This document shows positions 37,876-51,200 of a stretch of 64,000 nt of DNA, one piece after another. The stretch is from assembly GCA_036172245.1 (NCBI GenBank), contig JAYWIR010000013.1:2728001-2792000 (forward strand). Reading direction: 5' to 3'. The notes under the pieces were generated by a model that searched no databases, was not told where the DNA came from, and was given only the letters and a program-made list of their open reading frames with translations. The translations under genes and the position numbers were made by a program. The stretch is from Raillietiella orientalis. Its lineage: Eukaryota. How positions within the stretch are numbered: position 1 is the stretch's first letter; the number at the start of each line of letters is the position of its first letter.

Positions 37876-38146
37876 CCTTTGCACAACCGGAGGGGAAACT
37901 CCCACCTCCTTGATTCCTGGAAGGACCCCGGACGGTCGACTCCCATTGTCCCGGCCACTCATCGGACACATTCGGTTTTAACCGCTACCGGTGCCCCACC
38001 CGAATGAACAGAGGTCGACCAGCATCATCTCACGGGAGGAGCTCGAACCCACGACGCACCCTCCTCTCTCGGCGTCCATTCCTGCCGAGTAATCGAACAC
38101 CGTGACGCTCGGTGCAACGCGCGAAGACCTCCGCGTCCAAGTGGTC
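37876..38146 (-). mobile_element. SINE-like element, 5' 270 bp
   Basis: Reverse complement matches 7077-7353, including GTGCGTCGTGGGTTCGAG and GGGGTCCTTCCAGGAATCAAGG. Confidence 0.85.
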
Positions 38147-38755
38147 TCCGACGCGGGTCAGAGCGACCAGGGAAAGGGGGAAGACCAACGTGCTCCCTGA
38201 TGGCCTCCTCGCCGGCACCACGAGATCACCAGCGTTTCTTTCGGCGCCTGTCTGTTGCGCGCCGTCGGGGGAGGGAGCAGCACAACTCCCTCCGAAACGA
38301 ACGTTGCCGCTCTCTCCCTCGCCCCCCTCCCCCTCTCGCGTTTCCCGTTTCAGCTTTGCTCGGACGCTCGGCGCCTTCGCCCCTCGTTGGCAACAATCAA
38401 CGGGCTGGTCTCGCAGGAACGAGCTCGCAACTTCGGTTGCGATGGCACCCAAAGGGGCGGACGTTCCGCCGGATGATCCGAGAGTCGAGCGGAACCACGG
38501 TTTCCGGTCGCCGCCCGCCATTTTCCTCACCTCCCCCAAGGCACGCCGGATGCTTGCCTGAAAGACATCTCGGGCAAATCTTCGCTCCACTCCACAGAGT
38601 GCCCCTCCACGCTTCGCGCACGCGTGCGCGCTCCTGGAAGAGCGGGGGGGCACCACGGGCGTCCTCCGCAGCAGGTGGATGAGGAAAAAAAAACTCAGAA
38701 AGGTGAGCATGCCTTCCGGGGAAGGGAAGGACAGAGGTGGTGGACCGCGACCGGT

Positions 38756-38756
<1 letters not shown>

Positions 38757-38790
<34 letters not shown>
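38757..38790. repeat. (GAC)n microsatellite
   Basis: Direct read. Confidence 0.95.
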
Positions 38791-38792
<2 letters not shown>

Positions 38793-39699
38793 GGAGTGGC
38801 AGCGAGTGGGATCCACGCCGCGCGCCCGAGGTGGTGAGGGGGAGATGCAAAGTCAGTGGAAGGTCTCTCTCTCTCTCTCTCCCGAAGAGACTCAGCCTGA
38901 CTCTTGCCGGTGATGCTGGTCACGAAAGGAGCGGCGGAGAGTAAACAAGCCCGGCAGATGGGCAGCACAGCGAAGGCGAGGCGGGGTCCCGCTGGGAACA
39001 AAGGTAACCGAGGAGAGACCTGCTTTCGGGAGAGAGGGAGGGGAGGAACGCGAGCCGGATTCCAAGAGACGTGCCTGATGCTCCATGCCTCGCCGCCGCC
39101 ACGCGATCCTCAGACTCTGGATGATTCCCAAGCGTCGGCAGGCGCGCTCCTCTCAGCCGTCCCTCAGGAAGCTGCCGTCTTCTTCGGAGATCGGAAGGCC
39201 CTGCAGCAGCTCTCCCTCTCTCCTCCCTCCCAAGAGCGGAGCAGCACCGCCGCTGCCATCATCATCGCCAGCCTGCCGGTCTCTTCGCCTTCCGGTGAAC
39301 ATCCGATGACGGAAATGCCTTCCCGGAAGGGGGAGGTGCACTTCACCTCCCATGCGCGAAGACTCCGCGTTCCCTTCACTTTCGTTCCCTTTCGGGACGG
39401 GTCGCCCCCCCCTCTCCTCCTCCTCCTCTTCCTGCGCCACGCAAAGAAACGACGGCACGGCACCGGGACGCCGGCTCGCCCAGGAACGGTAATGCCCTCC
39501 GAAGCTACGGGTGAAGTCTCCCCCCTTGCCTTCTTCCCTCCCTCTAGATGGAGCCGTCGCGGACGAAGCCGGGAGCAGTCCGAGGTCATTTCGCTCCCCC
39601 ACCCCTCCCGAAAGACCCGTCGCGACGCCTCCGCAGAGCCGCGGTGGCGGAAAGCTGCACCAAAAGGGGCCGCGCCAACAGGCATGCCATCCTCGTCGT

Positions 39700-42100
39700 G
39701 TTCTCATTCCCGAAGGTGACCACGAGATTGGTCGCACCCCTTGCGTTACAAGGGGGAGCTCGCCTGCATTCCGGGGGACGCCAGGGAGGTCACCGTGGTC
39801 CCTTCCCTTGCCTCCTCCGTGGTTTTTCACGTTCTTTACCCCCCTCCTTCTCTTGTTCTCCTTGCGTGGACAGTGCTGGGCAATTTGGAAACGCGAGAAG
39901 GAATGCCTCCTGGCGTTGCATCCACGTGATCGGATTTGTGACCCCACTTTCCTGTGTAGTGTACAAAGAAAGAATCACTACGGGGAGTGTTTCTTTGTAG
40001 ATCCCACTTTGCAGCGAGCGACTGGCGCGACCAGTCAAGAAGCCCTACGGCATCCACGGGCTCCTCGGGAGCCGACCGCATTGTGCCAGCCTCGGGAGAC
40101 CAGGACGCACGCGGGAAGATGCATTGTCGCCCCTGTCCGGGGCGGCCAAGCAGGAACTCGCCGCTCCGACCATCGCTCGGAGCGAACCTGGTGGCGGTTC
40201 GCTCCTCCTCACCTCGAGCTGGAAGGAGAGGGAGACGGAGGCAGCAGAGGCGCCGCTGGTGACACAGGGGGTGAAGAGCACCCTGCGGCCCAAGCAAACA
40301 GAGAGGCAGAGCGAACGACTAAGAGAGCAGTGCAGCTCCTCCCAGCGCGGCAGACCCACTGGGCGGAGCTCTTCGGTGCCACCGGTGAGTGAGCAAGAGC
40401 CAACAAGAGGAAAAAACAGGAGCGGAAGGGACGCGGGTATTTCGGGGACAGAGGCGGGCAGGAGGAACGGAGGAGCCGGACGAGGCGGGCGGATGGCGAA
40501 CACGGCGACGACGGGGACGATAACGACGGTGAGGAAGGCAAGTGGGAGGCGAGGGACAGGAGACATGGTGAAAATGATGAAGGGAGAGACGGCCGTGGCC
40601 TCTGCTCCTCCCTTCCTTCCTGGGAAGCCTACCGGTGCCGCGGCGGTCCCTGAGCGCCAGCCGAATCCGCGGTTCCTCCTCCTTCCATTTGGTCCCTCAT
40701 CCAGAGCCCTGCTGTGGGAGGATCTCCTTCCTGCTCGCCCTGGGTCATCACTCAAGGGCGGATCCCAGCCTTGAGGCCTATCCCACGTTCCTGCGTGCGG
40801 GGAGGGCGCTGACCTCCCCTCGGCGTGCCGCCGAGGCGCGAAGCTCCAGGAGTTTCGCCCCGGAAAAGCGACCGCCGCCGGCCAGGAAGGCAAGAGGAAT
40901 CTCAACATGGAGCATCACCCGGGTAGCCTCGGAGAAGTGGACAGAGAGAAAGGAAGAGGGGTCAGAGACCCCAAGGGCGACCCTGTTCTCCCCTTTTATC
41001 CTTGAGCCGCCGACTCTGCGACCCGCGAGCCTCCGGTGCGAGTCGCTTCTCTCCTTCCCTTCGGGCATTTGAACGGTCCATGGAAGGAGGAAGCAAAAAG
41101 GACGCTCGGAAGACTCCTTTTCCCGTTGTGACCGGCGCTGGAGGGCTGCAACTTCGGCGGGAACACCCTGCGATAGTTCCGGCCGGAGCAGACGTGAGCG
41201 CAGTGCACACGCATGAGAGAGCTTCCGAGCGATCGCCCTTCCGACCTTGACCCCGAACCTGGGGACCGGGCCGTGAGATCTTCACCCAATCTTCAATAGA
41301 CGTGGAGCATGTTCCTGGTCCTCGCTGGACCACATCTCGTCCGCAGGAGGAGAAGTCTCGTCGCCTCCGTCGTCCGGTCTCGAAGATGCGCACCTGAGGC
41401 CAGGAAGCGCACCCATTCGGCCGGAGGGAGCGACCCTTTCTGTGACGCCACTTTCGCTTTCCCAAGAGACGACGCGGCGATCCGAAGGAGCCGCCCTGGT
41501 ACCTCTGCTACCGTCCGCCCCACACCACCGAGGCAGCGTACGCGACCTCCGGGTGGGTGCGCCTCGGGGCTTCCCCGGCTGGCAGAGCGGGTTTTCCTCC
41601 CTGCTCGTCCCTCGAGCTTTTCCTCTCACCGTTGCTGCTGCCGCGCAGAGCTGTGCTCCGGCTTTCGCCTTCCCTCCCAACGCCCGGTCCTTCCCTCGGC
41701 TTGTTCCTCTAACCGAAAACTCCGACGGATGGCATTCCCATCCGTGGCTCCCGTTGCCTTCGGCATCCAGAAGGCTGCCGTGCACTTCAGACGGGGGAGG
41801 AGCGGAAAATCCCTCGCCACCTCGGTGTACGCCCCTGGGCTCTGCCCTGCGAACCAGCATCCTGTGTGCCCTCGCTCGGGGTTGAGTACACGCTTGATGC
41901 ACGGGTCAGTGAAACCAAGGCCGCCTCGAGGATGTCGGTCCTGCGCCGTTCGCGGGATGCCATTCTCCCTTTCCTACCCCTAACCGGATGCTCGAAGCGC
42001 GCTGCAACAGCTTCCAACTCGCAACCTGCCCATACGCTCCGACCGAGGAGGATTTTCTCCACAGCAGCTCCGCACTTACCAAACGATCCTATTTCAAAGT
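39700..42100 (+). mobile_element. Decayed LINE with ORF1-like and RT remnants
   Basis: Degenerate zinc knuckle CASLGRPGRTREDA (~40080-40125), RT motif RGVRDPKGDPVLPF (~40955-40997), ADVSAV at the YADD position. Boundaries are approximate. Confidence 0.45.
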
Positions 42101-42501
42101 CCGCGCTAGAAGCATCCTGCGAAGGAGTCATTAACGCTGATGTTTTCACTCACGCATGAAAACATTTTCGTTGGAGGTTTCACGTTCTGCACGCCAGCCC
42201 CATGCTCGGAGCAAAAGCCGCTTCCGCATGAGAGAAAAACGGTGCAACCGAAACTGTCACTTTCTACCGAGCAGAACGTAATTTTCCTCAAGAAAAAAAA
42301 AAAAAAAAAAAAGCAGAAGAGGAAGAAAAACCCATACTCATCCAGACCTCTTAACGCTGCCATCTTCTCACCAAGTGTGCAGCAGGCCCCAGGGGCGAAG
42401 CCAAGCCACCTCTTTACGCTGCCCCTCAAGGGCGTTCCTACACGCAGGTGATTGAAAGTAGCGGCGGACGGATTACGCACTTCCGGCACGGTGCCCGCTC
42501 G

Positions 42502-42531
42502 GGTGGTGGTGGTGGTGGTGGTGGTGGTGGT
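42502..42531. repeat. (GGT)n microsatellite
   Basis: Direct read. Confidence 0.95.
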
Positions 42532-43306
42532 CCTAGGCTGCTTCGCGCGAGGGCAGCCTGCCTCGGTTTGCCTTGGAAACGCCCGGAAGCTTACGCAACA
42601 ATGCTCGGAAGCGGAAAGCCCTCGCGCGCCCCGCCGAACGCGCGGACGCCGGCCGAAACCGCGCTCTCCGGCCATCTGCGGGGTGTGCGGGAACGCCACC
42701 CGAATTCGGGAAGGGAAGAAAAGCAAAAAGCAAAGGCGAAAAAGGGACGCGTCGGTCGCGCGGTACGGACGGAAGGATTCTGTACGGTTGCCGTGCGCGC
42801 GCGCTGGACCACCCGAGCGCTGTTCTGTACGGGCTCGGTCTTGCGATCTTCACCACGGACGTTTCCTTGGGCTCCACGAAGGGGAACAGCGAGCCTTCAA
42901 CTGGACCGTGGCTTCGTTCCGGTACGTACGTCTTCGGCTTCCGGATGTTCTCCAAAACGCCAAGAATTTTTGTCCTATCATCTGATTTCTCTTTTTCTTT
43001 TTTGGTATGTGCGTACGTATAAACCCCAAGGGAGCAGTTCCTCGATGGAATTCGGCTGTTCCAGACTCGACCGCTCTCGGATACAGTCTTCACTCCAAGT
43101 ACCATTGCAGCTAATTGCTTCGTGCGTCAAGTGATCCTCTGGAAAAATCAGCCACGACATAACAGGGCCTTTTTTTTTTTTTTTTTTTTTTTTGTTGTTG
43201 TTGTTCGTTTCAAATGGTAATAGAAAGATTGCGGCTTTTCAACTTTCATCTTGACGCGAGATCTTCAAGGAATTAATTTTCATTGGGATTTTAACCACAA
43301 TACGGG

Positions 43307-43705
43307 ATTTTCGCCCGGGGCGTTTATTTTGCGACAAACTTATCACAAAAAGATTGCGGTTGGACCAGTGGTCCAGTCGCTCCCAATTTGAAGGAGACCT
43401 GCCGGGTCACCGGTTCGCGGACCGGCGCGGTCAACCACGGCAGCAGAGGGGAGGGGCGAACAAAAATAAAGAAAAGGAAACAAAAAAGAAAAATAAATAC
43501 ACTTTGGGGGGTGCGGGAAGGGATCAAGTTCCGCCGGTGGCGGTCCTGTCCACCCTCTCTAGGGTGTCGGCAAGGTGTTGCTGGATATTCCTTTCAAGGT
43601 GGGGCCATCGCGTTGCTATCCCCACGGCGAAGTGGATGGCATCCCTATCCAAGCCGCGACGATCCCGCGTAGGCAGCGCAGGGCTGCCAGGGAGGCCGCT
43701 AGTCG
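43307..43705 (-). mobile_element. LINE 3' end
   Basis: Homologous to 48432-48835; ends AATAAACGCCCCGGGCGAAA, where the hairpin has collapsed by deletion. Confidence 0.85.
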
Positions 43706-43739
43706 AAGGTCCCTAGAAACCACAATACGAGATAGAATC

Positions 43740-44315
43740 AGAGCTTGGTGACGAGCACTGGTCGAACCGACTACTTCCACCCATGGCAACAGGGAAGCTG
43801 CCGTCCGGTTTTTTGCGCCCGCTCCAATCTCTTCACGAGGTTTCAGAAATCGAAAAGCAAACAGCCCGAAGGATCTTTTGTAGCGCCTACAAAGAGCCAC
43901 TTTAGGCTGAAAAACAGGGGAACCAGCCACTTTTTCTGCCGACGCTAGCGGGTCCCGCTCCAGCGGCTCCAAGAGGCAGCGAACACCGCCAAACTGGTCA
44001 TCAGGCAGGGAGAAAAATCACTCCGTCTGATGGCCCCACCTGAAATCCCCTATTCAGGACGAGCTTGCCTGCATCCTCCAGAGGATGTGACGGACCCTCC
44101 CAGCAGACTGTGGTTGATCCCTTCCCGCGCCCTCCCCACATCTCTTATTTATTTTTGACTTTTGTTTTTCTTTTTGTTTATACCCCCCTCCCCTCTGCTG
44201 CCGAGGTGGACCGTACCGGCGTGACCCGGCAGGCTTCGTGCATCTAGAGCATGGCTGGACCACCGGTCCAGCCACAGATTCTCTCCAAACGTTTATGCCG
44301 ACCGGGTGGGAATCG
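43740..44315 (+). mobile_element. LINE 3' fragment, same subfamily as 43307-43705, opposite orientation
   Basis: GATGGCCCCACCT, CCCCTCCCCTCTGCTGCCG, GTGACCCGGCAGG and GGACCAC.GGTCCA match the reverse complement of the neighbouring copy. Confidence 0.75.
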
Positions 44316-45486
44316 AAGCCCCACTTGCAACGAAACACCTGAGGGGAGCATGAGCTTCATCGGGTGTTTCGCTGTTTCGAAAGAGGTGCACTGTCGGCCC
44401 AGTGGGTGAGTGGCAGCTTGAAACCCATTATGTCATTTCCGAAAACACGTGATGGAATTCACGGACGGTCTGTCTTTACAGACCGTGGATGCAGAGGGCG
44501 GCAGCAGCCCCTTGGTGCGAGTTCATCTTGCTCTTTTGCAACTTACACCTGCTTAGCGCACATTTGTATTTCGTGCTGAGCACCCAAATCTCGATGTATT
44601 ACTTTTCGTTCACAGCTGTCCTTCCGACGCGCGTCTCCTTCCTCTTCCTCGGAGCCGAAAACAGGGCAGTCCCCGGGGATCTTCGTCTCCCAAGACCGTT
44701 CTCCCCTATCTCGGCTCGTCCGGCTGCACGCCCACCGGCATAACGCGCTTTCGTCTGCGCACGCTGCTGATGGATGGTACGGAGTGGGAAAGCCGCTTTC
44801 GGCTGCTGGATCGTCTCTCGGGAACACGCCAACACCTCGAAAAAAAAAAAAAAAGGAAAAAAAAAAGAAGCAAAGCAAAAGGGAAAACAGCAAAAAACGA
44901 CCTGCAAGGAGCATTCCAGGGGCGATTCCGCCTGCCGGTGAAAGAGGCATTCAGGTAGTTTCCTGTGCAAGCGAACTCTAAGCGTGGAAAAATTCCCCTG
45001 GAACTTTCCGAAATCGGAAACCGACGGATGCCCCCTCCGACGCGTGTTCCCTCCGAGTGCCGGGTCGGGGAGGAGGGGGCGTGGGTGGGTGTGGGGAGGG
45101 GCATACCTTCCATTCGGCAAGTGATGAATAATAGATGAGTCGGAAACATCTTCGAAAAAGTGCGCGCACCCTCGAGTGGTGATGATTCGTTTCATTCGGC
45201 CGAAGAAACGGAAAGTTATTTTGCGCACCTCACGAAGTACGGTCCCTCCGGGTGTGCAAAGTGACCTCCCTCCTCCATCGGAAGAGAAGCGTTCCGGATA
45301 CCGGTGCGCACACCGCATGGTCCGGAGAGCGCGCCTAGCAACGCGGCGCGAGAACGCCCTGGCCTCTGCGCAGAACCCGAGCAGCAATTAGTTGCAGCGA
45401 ATTAATGCATGCGGGATGTCATAATTGCATTCCAGCATCACACGAGAAGAAGGAGAAGAGAAAAAAAAAAAAAGAAGGGGGGGGGT

Positions 45487-45487
<1 letters not shown>

Positions 45488-45526
<39 letters not shown>

Positions 45527-45544
45527 AAGAAAGAAAGAAAGAAA
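45488..45544. repeat. (GA)n(GAAA)n compound microsatellite
   Basis: Direct read. Confidence 0.95.
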
Positions 45545-46210
45545 ATATGCTCGTTTGTCTGATCATCCAGCTCCCATTGAACGAAACGCACTCCGGATGA
45601 AAACGCATGTCAAATCAGCAAGTTCTTGAAAATATCACGACCAGCTTGGCATTCTGTTTGTAATGTCTGTCACACTGGTGCGAACCCTTGGCAACTTCAA
45701 AAAGTTTTCGCTTCGAGCAATTTTATCTGGCCATTCGTTTTTTCGCGTGACACTTTCGGGGGTGTGCAAGTATAGGATTTCCTGTGCGGAATTCGTAGGG
45801 TTCCCCCTCCCCCTTCTTTTCCTTTTTTGCAAACAAAGGTTTTTGTTTTGTTTGCGCGTGTGTGTGTGTGTGTGTGTTTTCCTTTTCGATTCACCGAACT
45901 GCACTCTCGGTTATTGGTGCGCCATCGCAAATAAAAAAAAAAAAAAAAAAATGGTTCCGCAATTATGCGTATCCACGCGTGGTTATTTATTGCCTCTGAT
46001 TGACAGGGCTTGCGTTTCAAACAAGGCGAAAGTAAAGCAAAAGCACGTTCCGGAAGGTGGTCTTCGGGAATGACCGATCAATCGCTGACCTCGCAAGAAC
46101 GGTGCTGCACACCGCGAGCGGCAGAAACGTGTGGACTTTTCGTCGTCCGCTCTCGGGGAGGTGGAAATCCTTTGCCGAAAACGAGGTGATCATCGCGGGT
46201 CGTCTGCAAT

Positions 46211-46276
46211 CACCGCCGCCACCACCAACCACCACCACCACCACCACCACCAAACGGCGGCGGCGGCGGCTGCTGC
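46211..46276. repeat. (ACC)n/(GGC)n compound trinucleotide repeat
   Basis: Direct read. Confidence 0.9.
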
Positions 46277-48431
46277 AAAAAGCAAACGACCTCCGAGACC
46301 ACGGGCAAGGAATGGCGAAGGGGGAAGGCGTCTCGGCGCGGGGGTGGTCCGGGGTGCCTTGGGAGCGGACCGGGAAGCCACGCGGGGCGGTGGAGGCATC
46401 CCGGTCCCGGACCAAAAGATGCTGTGATCATCAAAAGCGCCACACTGAAAGAGCGACCTGATTGACGCGCTTAATTAATGACACGCGGAGGCACTGCTAT
46501 TTCGCAGTGCACAGCGTACACCTCTCGCTTAACTTTTTTTTTTTCTTTCTTTCTTGTAAGGCAGCACCAATCGACCCGGCAATGATTAATCATCTGTCAA
46601 TGTCTCCCTGCTATAAATTTCAATTGTGGGGACAAATGAAAAAATTCAGCATGGCCGGCGTCGATTTACCACGCAATTTACTTCCGCTTCATCGCCAGCG
46701 GTGCGATTGCAGTGGTGTTCCTGCGATCCCGCGTGCGAAAAACGGTGTCTTCCGATGTTTTATCGTACACCTGAAAGCCACTCCGAGCGCTGCAATCGTC
46801 GAACTTCCCTCCTCCCTTCTTTTTCTTTTTTCGCACGCACGCAAAAAGGAGTCGATCCCGGTCAAAATTCGACCTTTTCCTCGTGACCGGGAAAGCGGCC
46901 CGGGCGAAGGGGAGAGACGAGTGGGGCTGCACGCCGTGGAGGATAAGAAGTGGACCGTGCTGGAGGTTTGCGTTCCGTGAGAAACAAAGCATCCACGTTT
47001 CTGCCACCCTCATTTGCTTAGAGATGAGGTTCAGATAAACGCTCAGCGTTCCGCACCATTTATCTAATCGTGTAGCATCTTGCTTATCGTCACCGGGGGT
47101 AACTGTCACGCAGGGATTTCGGAGCGCTCCTCGGAGACACGTCCGCGCTCTTGTCTCCTCTCCCTGGGAAAGGTTGCTGCTCAGACAATGGCACTTCAGC
47201 CTGACAAAGGCGCAACACACCTTTCTTCTGCTCTCGTGATCATCCACTTGCATGGTCAAAGGTGCATGAACGCCCATGCCTTCGGATGGCAACCGAATCT
47301 GTGTCCAGCCACGAGGAGCGCCTTTGTCCCGAGCGCCTCGTGGAGTCCGCAGGAATTTTTTCTTGTGCAGTCTTGGGAGGGTTTTTCTTTTTTTTTCCCT
47401 TTTCGAAATTGCCTGGAGGAACTTTATTTTTTTCAAGCTCTTTTTTGGGGGGGAGATTCAATCCCAGTGAGAGGTAATCGGTCACTAGAGTTTTATTTAG
47501 AGTTCTAAGCGCTCTGCTTCCCCTCTATAATTGTTTTGCTTCATGAATGTAACTGTTGCTTACCAGAAGTGGCTTTCCGCATCTCTTTTACTTCCTTCCC
47601 TTTGAACCCATCGGCAGGGTTGACAGCTTGAGTGAGATCACTGCCGACTCAATCGTCTAGCCGTTTGGCCAGCTACAAGCAGAAACCATTCACACGTACA
47701 TACGTGAATATACACATCTACACTTCTGTACCAGTTACGTTTGCAACGTGGCATCATACATACAACAGGATCCCCCATTCGTATTCGAAAAAGACCGGCA
47801 TTTGCTGCTGCTGCTGCGTGCACATGAATTCGCATTGTGACCTGCGGTACATTGCCAAAACGGGAGTGCGCTCGCTCGCGGCGAAACGAAAATTCCCCGT
47901 GGCTGGGCTAACCCAAGGGTGACCACGGCGACGAGTTCATTCCGGACCGAGCGGAGGGAGAGTGGAGGGAGGGCGCATGCGCGTCGGCTCGACCCCGCCA
48001 ACGACGGCCCCCGCGCGCGGGCGGGACGTCGCGGAGCGCGCGCGGGCGAGCGCCGTTTTCCTCCCTGCGCGGTTCCCGAACCTGCGGTCTCGTTCCGGGA
48101 TGAAAGACGAAAAAAAAAAGAAAAATGGAAACGGCGAAGAAGAAGAAGCGCGCTCCCGAGTTCCACTCGGAGAGAGATGGCGCGACCGCGCAACTCCAAA
48201 CCAAACGGGTCGGGATCGTCGGCGGGAAACCAACGAGAAACCCCTCCGGGTCGGTGGACGGTGGTGAGGAGGGCTGCGCCGGGGACCTCCTTCGCTTTAC
48301 CGGAGGCAGTCCAGCTTTCCCGAGCCTCCGCAGGACGACTTTAGGCGGCAGCAAGGCCCTCGTTTGCGCGCGCGCTTCCCCGGGGGCCGGTTCTCTCCGG
48401 TGGGCTCACCCTCCGCGAGAGCTCTCGGGGC

Positions 48432-51200
48432 GATTCCCACCCGGGTGCGGCGGGGCGTTTATTTCAAGAAATAACATGTTACAAGAACTGTGGGTGGACC
48501 AGTGGTTCAGCCACTCACAATTTAAAGGAGACCTGCCGGGTCACCGGTTCGCGGACCGGCACGGTCAACCACGGCAGCAGAGGGGAGGGGCGAACAAAAA
48601 TAAAGAAAAGGAAACAAAAAAGAAAAATAAATACACTTTGGGGGGTGCGGAAAGGGATCAAGTTCCGCTGGTGGCGGTCCTGTCCACCCTCTCTAGGGTG
48701 TCGGCAAGGTCTTGCTGGATATTCCTTTCCAGGTGGGGCCATCGCGTTGCTATCCCCACGGCGAAGTGGATGGCATCCCTATCCAAGCCGCGACGATCCC
48801 GCGTAGGCAGCGCAGGGCTGCCAGGGAGGCCGCTGGCCTAAGGGCGTCGCGAACGAAAAGAGGTTTTAAATCGTCCCTGGAATCGCCTCCGGGGACTCCA
48901 GGGCCGCAGCAAAGCGTTCTCTCACATGGGCCGGAAGGCAACAGAATCCACTAGCAGGTGGAAGAGGGATTCACTCTCCCTGCACCTGACACAGCTGAGG
49001 TCCACACCCCCCCGCGTCCAGTGATGACGGCGGGCGCTGCACGGGAGACGCCAGTGCAGCAACAACAGCGCCGACTCCTGCCACTTCAAGGGAGGATGCG
49101 GGTGTTCAAGAGCACCGAGGGCCGCTGCAGTTGTTCCAACGGCACATCTAGCAGCTCGCCACAGCGCAAGAGTCCATGGGGCGGTGAGCTGACCCGTCTT
49201 CCACTCAGCCAGTCCTTTCTCCCTTTCGGAGATGGTCACCATAACTTCCCATTCCGCCGCAAGGTGTTCCCCGAGGGAGGGCAGCGCTGCGACGAGAGAA
49301 TTTCTTCCTGTCCACGCGCTTTTTCCGGGATCCTCCAGGATCTCTCGGAGTGTGCAGCGGTTGTTTCGCAGGAACCGACGCACCTGTTCTGTGCGTTGCT
49401 CCTCACTCCTCGCCCACATGCAAACGGTTTCCTGGAACAAGGGTGCGAAGGCTTCCCTGGGCTTCTTCGTTTGCTCCAAGGATAACCCTTCCCGGGTATC
49501 CTTGAAATAAAGGCCTCTTCCGCCATGCGTCAACACAAGAAGTAGTTCCAGCGCAACACGGAGATAAGAAGGTAAGGAGCTTTTGGAGGAATGGCCCCAC
49601 TGCTGCTGAGGAGGACCCTAGGTCTCGGAGCCTCCCCTGACCTTTGAGGGAGGAGTGTGCCCGCCCCCTTCTTCCCCCACGCACGGAATGTGGTTCTCGG
49701 GACGGCGTAATCGGGATCCCACGCCCGGGGGGAGGGTCGCCTCGCCTCGCTGCTCACCTCAGGGTCGCACGCGACATTTCCCCTTGGCGCGTCCCTCCCC
49801 CATTCTTTCACCCCTGCAGGAAGCAGAGCGATCGGTACGCGCCAGGTCACCCTGCCGGAGAGGGCCGTGCGGCGTGCGGTCGTTCGCTGCACTGAGCGAG
49901 GCGGCGTTTACGATGCGCGTCGCCGCTGCGGAGGGCTCCGGCACAGCGCCTCCCGAGAGGCAGCACCGACCGGCGTTTTCTCGCAGTCGCGGTTGCCGGC
50001 CACCTGCCGGACTCGCGCCCGTGGCAGCTCTCCCTCCCGGGTGGCGGCGTTTCGGACGGGAAGGGAGAGGAAGGGTTGCCGCGGCGGTGGCGGAGCAGGC
50101 GGGACCGACGGGAGAAGCCTGAGATTTGGGACCGAGGCTCGTCGCGGCCACGGTCCAGTTCTCCAGCTTCCGTCGCCTCTGCGTGGCGGCCGCGTCCCTA
50201 CTCGAGCCTGTCGCGGACGGGTCGGAGGACGGCGGGAGAGCCGCCGGAAGGAGGCGTCCCGATGCCCGGAGGCTCTGCCGGCACACCATCGGATCGCCCG
50301 GGCCGGCGGCGGCAGGGTGCCTTCTGGCTCGAGTGGAAGCGACCCGGCGACGTGACCCTGGTTTGTCTCAAGAGTGCTTGCCCAGAGGCAGTAGTGCTCC
50401 CGGCAGCGGAGGCATCCCGCATTCCCCTTCGCACCTCCTCGCCAGCAGACCAGGCACGGATATGTCCCTTTCCCTCCGCCCTGACGCTGGGAAATCGGTC
50501 AGGTGACTCGCACGTGTGGGGAGAGCGGACTGGGGCAATTGGAGGGGAAGGTGGAGCGGGAGATGGGGGACGGTCCTGTTCGCGGCTCCCGCCCCCTCCC
50601 AAGCCACACTGACCGCCGCAGGCCCCGTCAGCGGAGATTCGCAGCTCCCTCGACGGCGTCTTGGGGCGAGGCGAGGTCTCCTCAGTAGTTCCGTGGGAGG
50701 CACCTGCGGCGACAGCGAACGCCACTCGTCTTCAGGGAGAGCCAAGGTGGCGGTTACCGCGGACGACCGGTTTCTGCCAAGCACGAGGCTGCCGTGAAGC
50801 CTGATCTGGACGCGATTTCCCCGCCGTCCCTCCGAGCTCGGGCGAACGTGCGCCACGGTGGTGACCATGGCGACGGCTGAAACTGACCAAAAATCCCGGC
50901 AGGGGCGCGTTGCCGGCGTCCGGGATAGGTGACGGAGTCACTACCAGATCGGGAGTATCCTGGTGCTCCTGCGGAGGGACTGTCGTGAAGTTCCGATCCG
51001 CTTTCTCTGCGCAGGGGACACGCGGGCAGCAAAAGAGACGAAGAGAGGAGGAGGAAGAGAAGAGAAGGGAGAAGTAGTGAGAAAGGGAAGAGAAGAGGGG
51101 GAGGGCAGGTCACAGCAGCGTATGACAGCGAACCAGGACGGCTACCGGACCGGGCGCAGAGACCTCCGGAATGGCACCTCGGGAGCTTCATGCCGCCTCC
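48432..51200 (-). mobile_element. LINE copy: ORF2 3' third and UTR (48432-49700) preceded by an ORF1-like remnant
   Basis: ORF 48922..49536 reads PLKWQESALLLLHWRLPCSARRHHW..SCVRCRESESLFHLLVD; KGQGRLRDL at the GGLG position; possible knuckle remnant GKGHIRAW at ~50460. The upstream part is low confidence. Confidence 0.7.
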
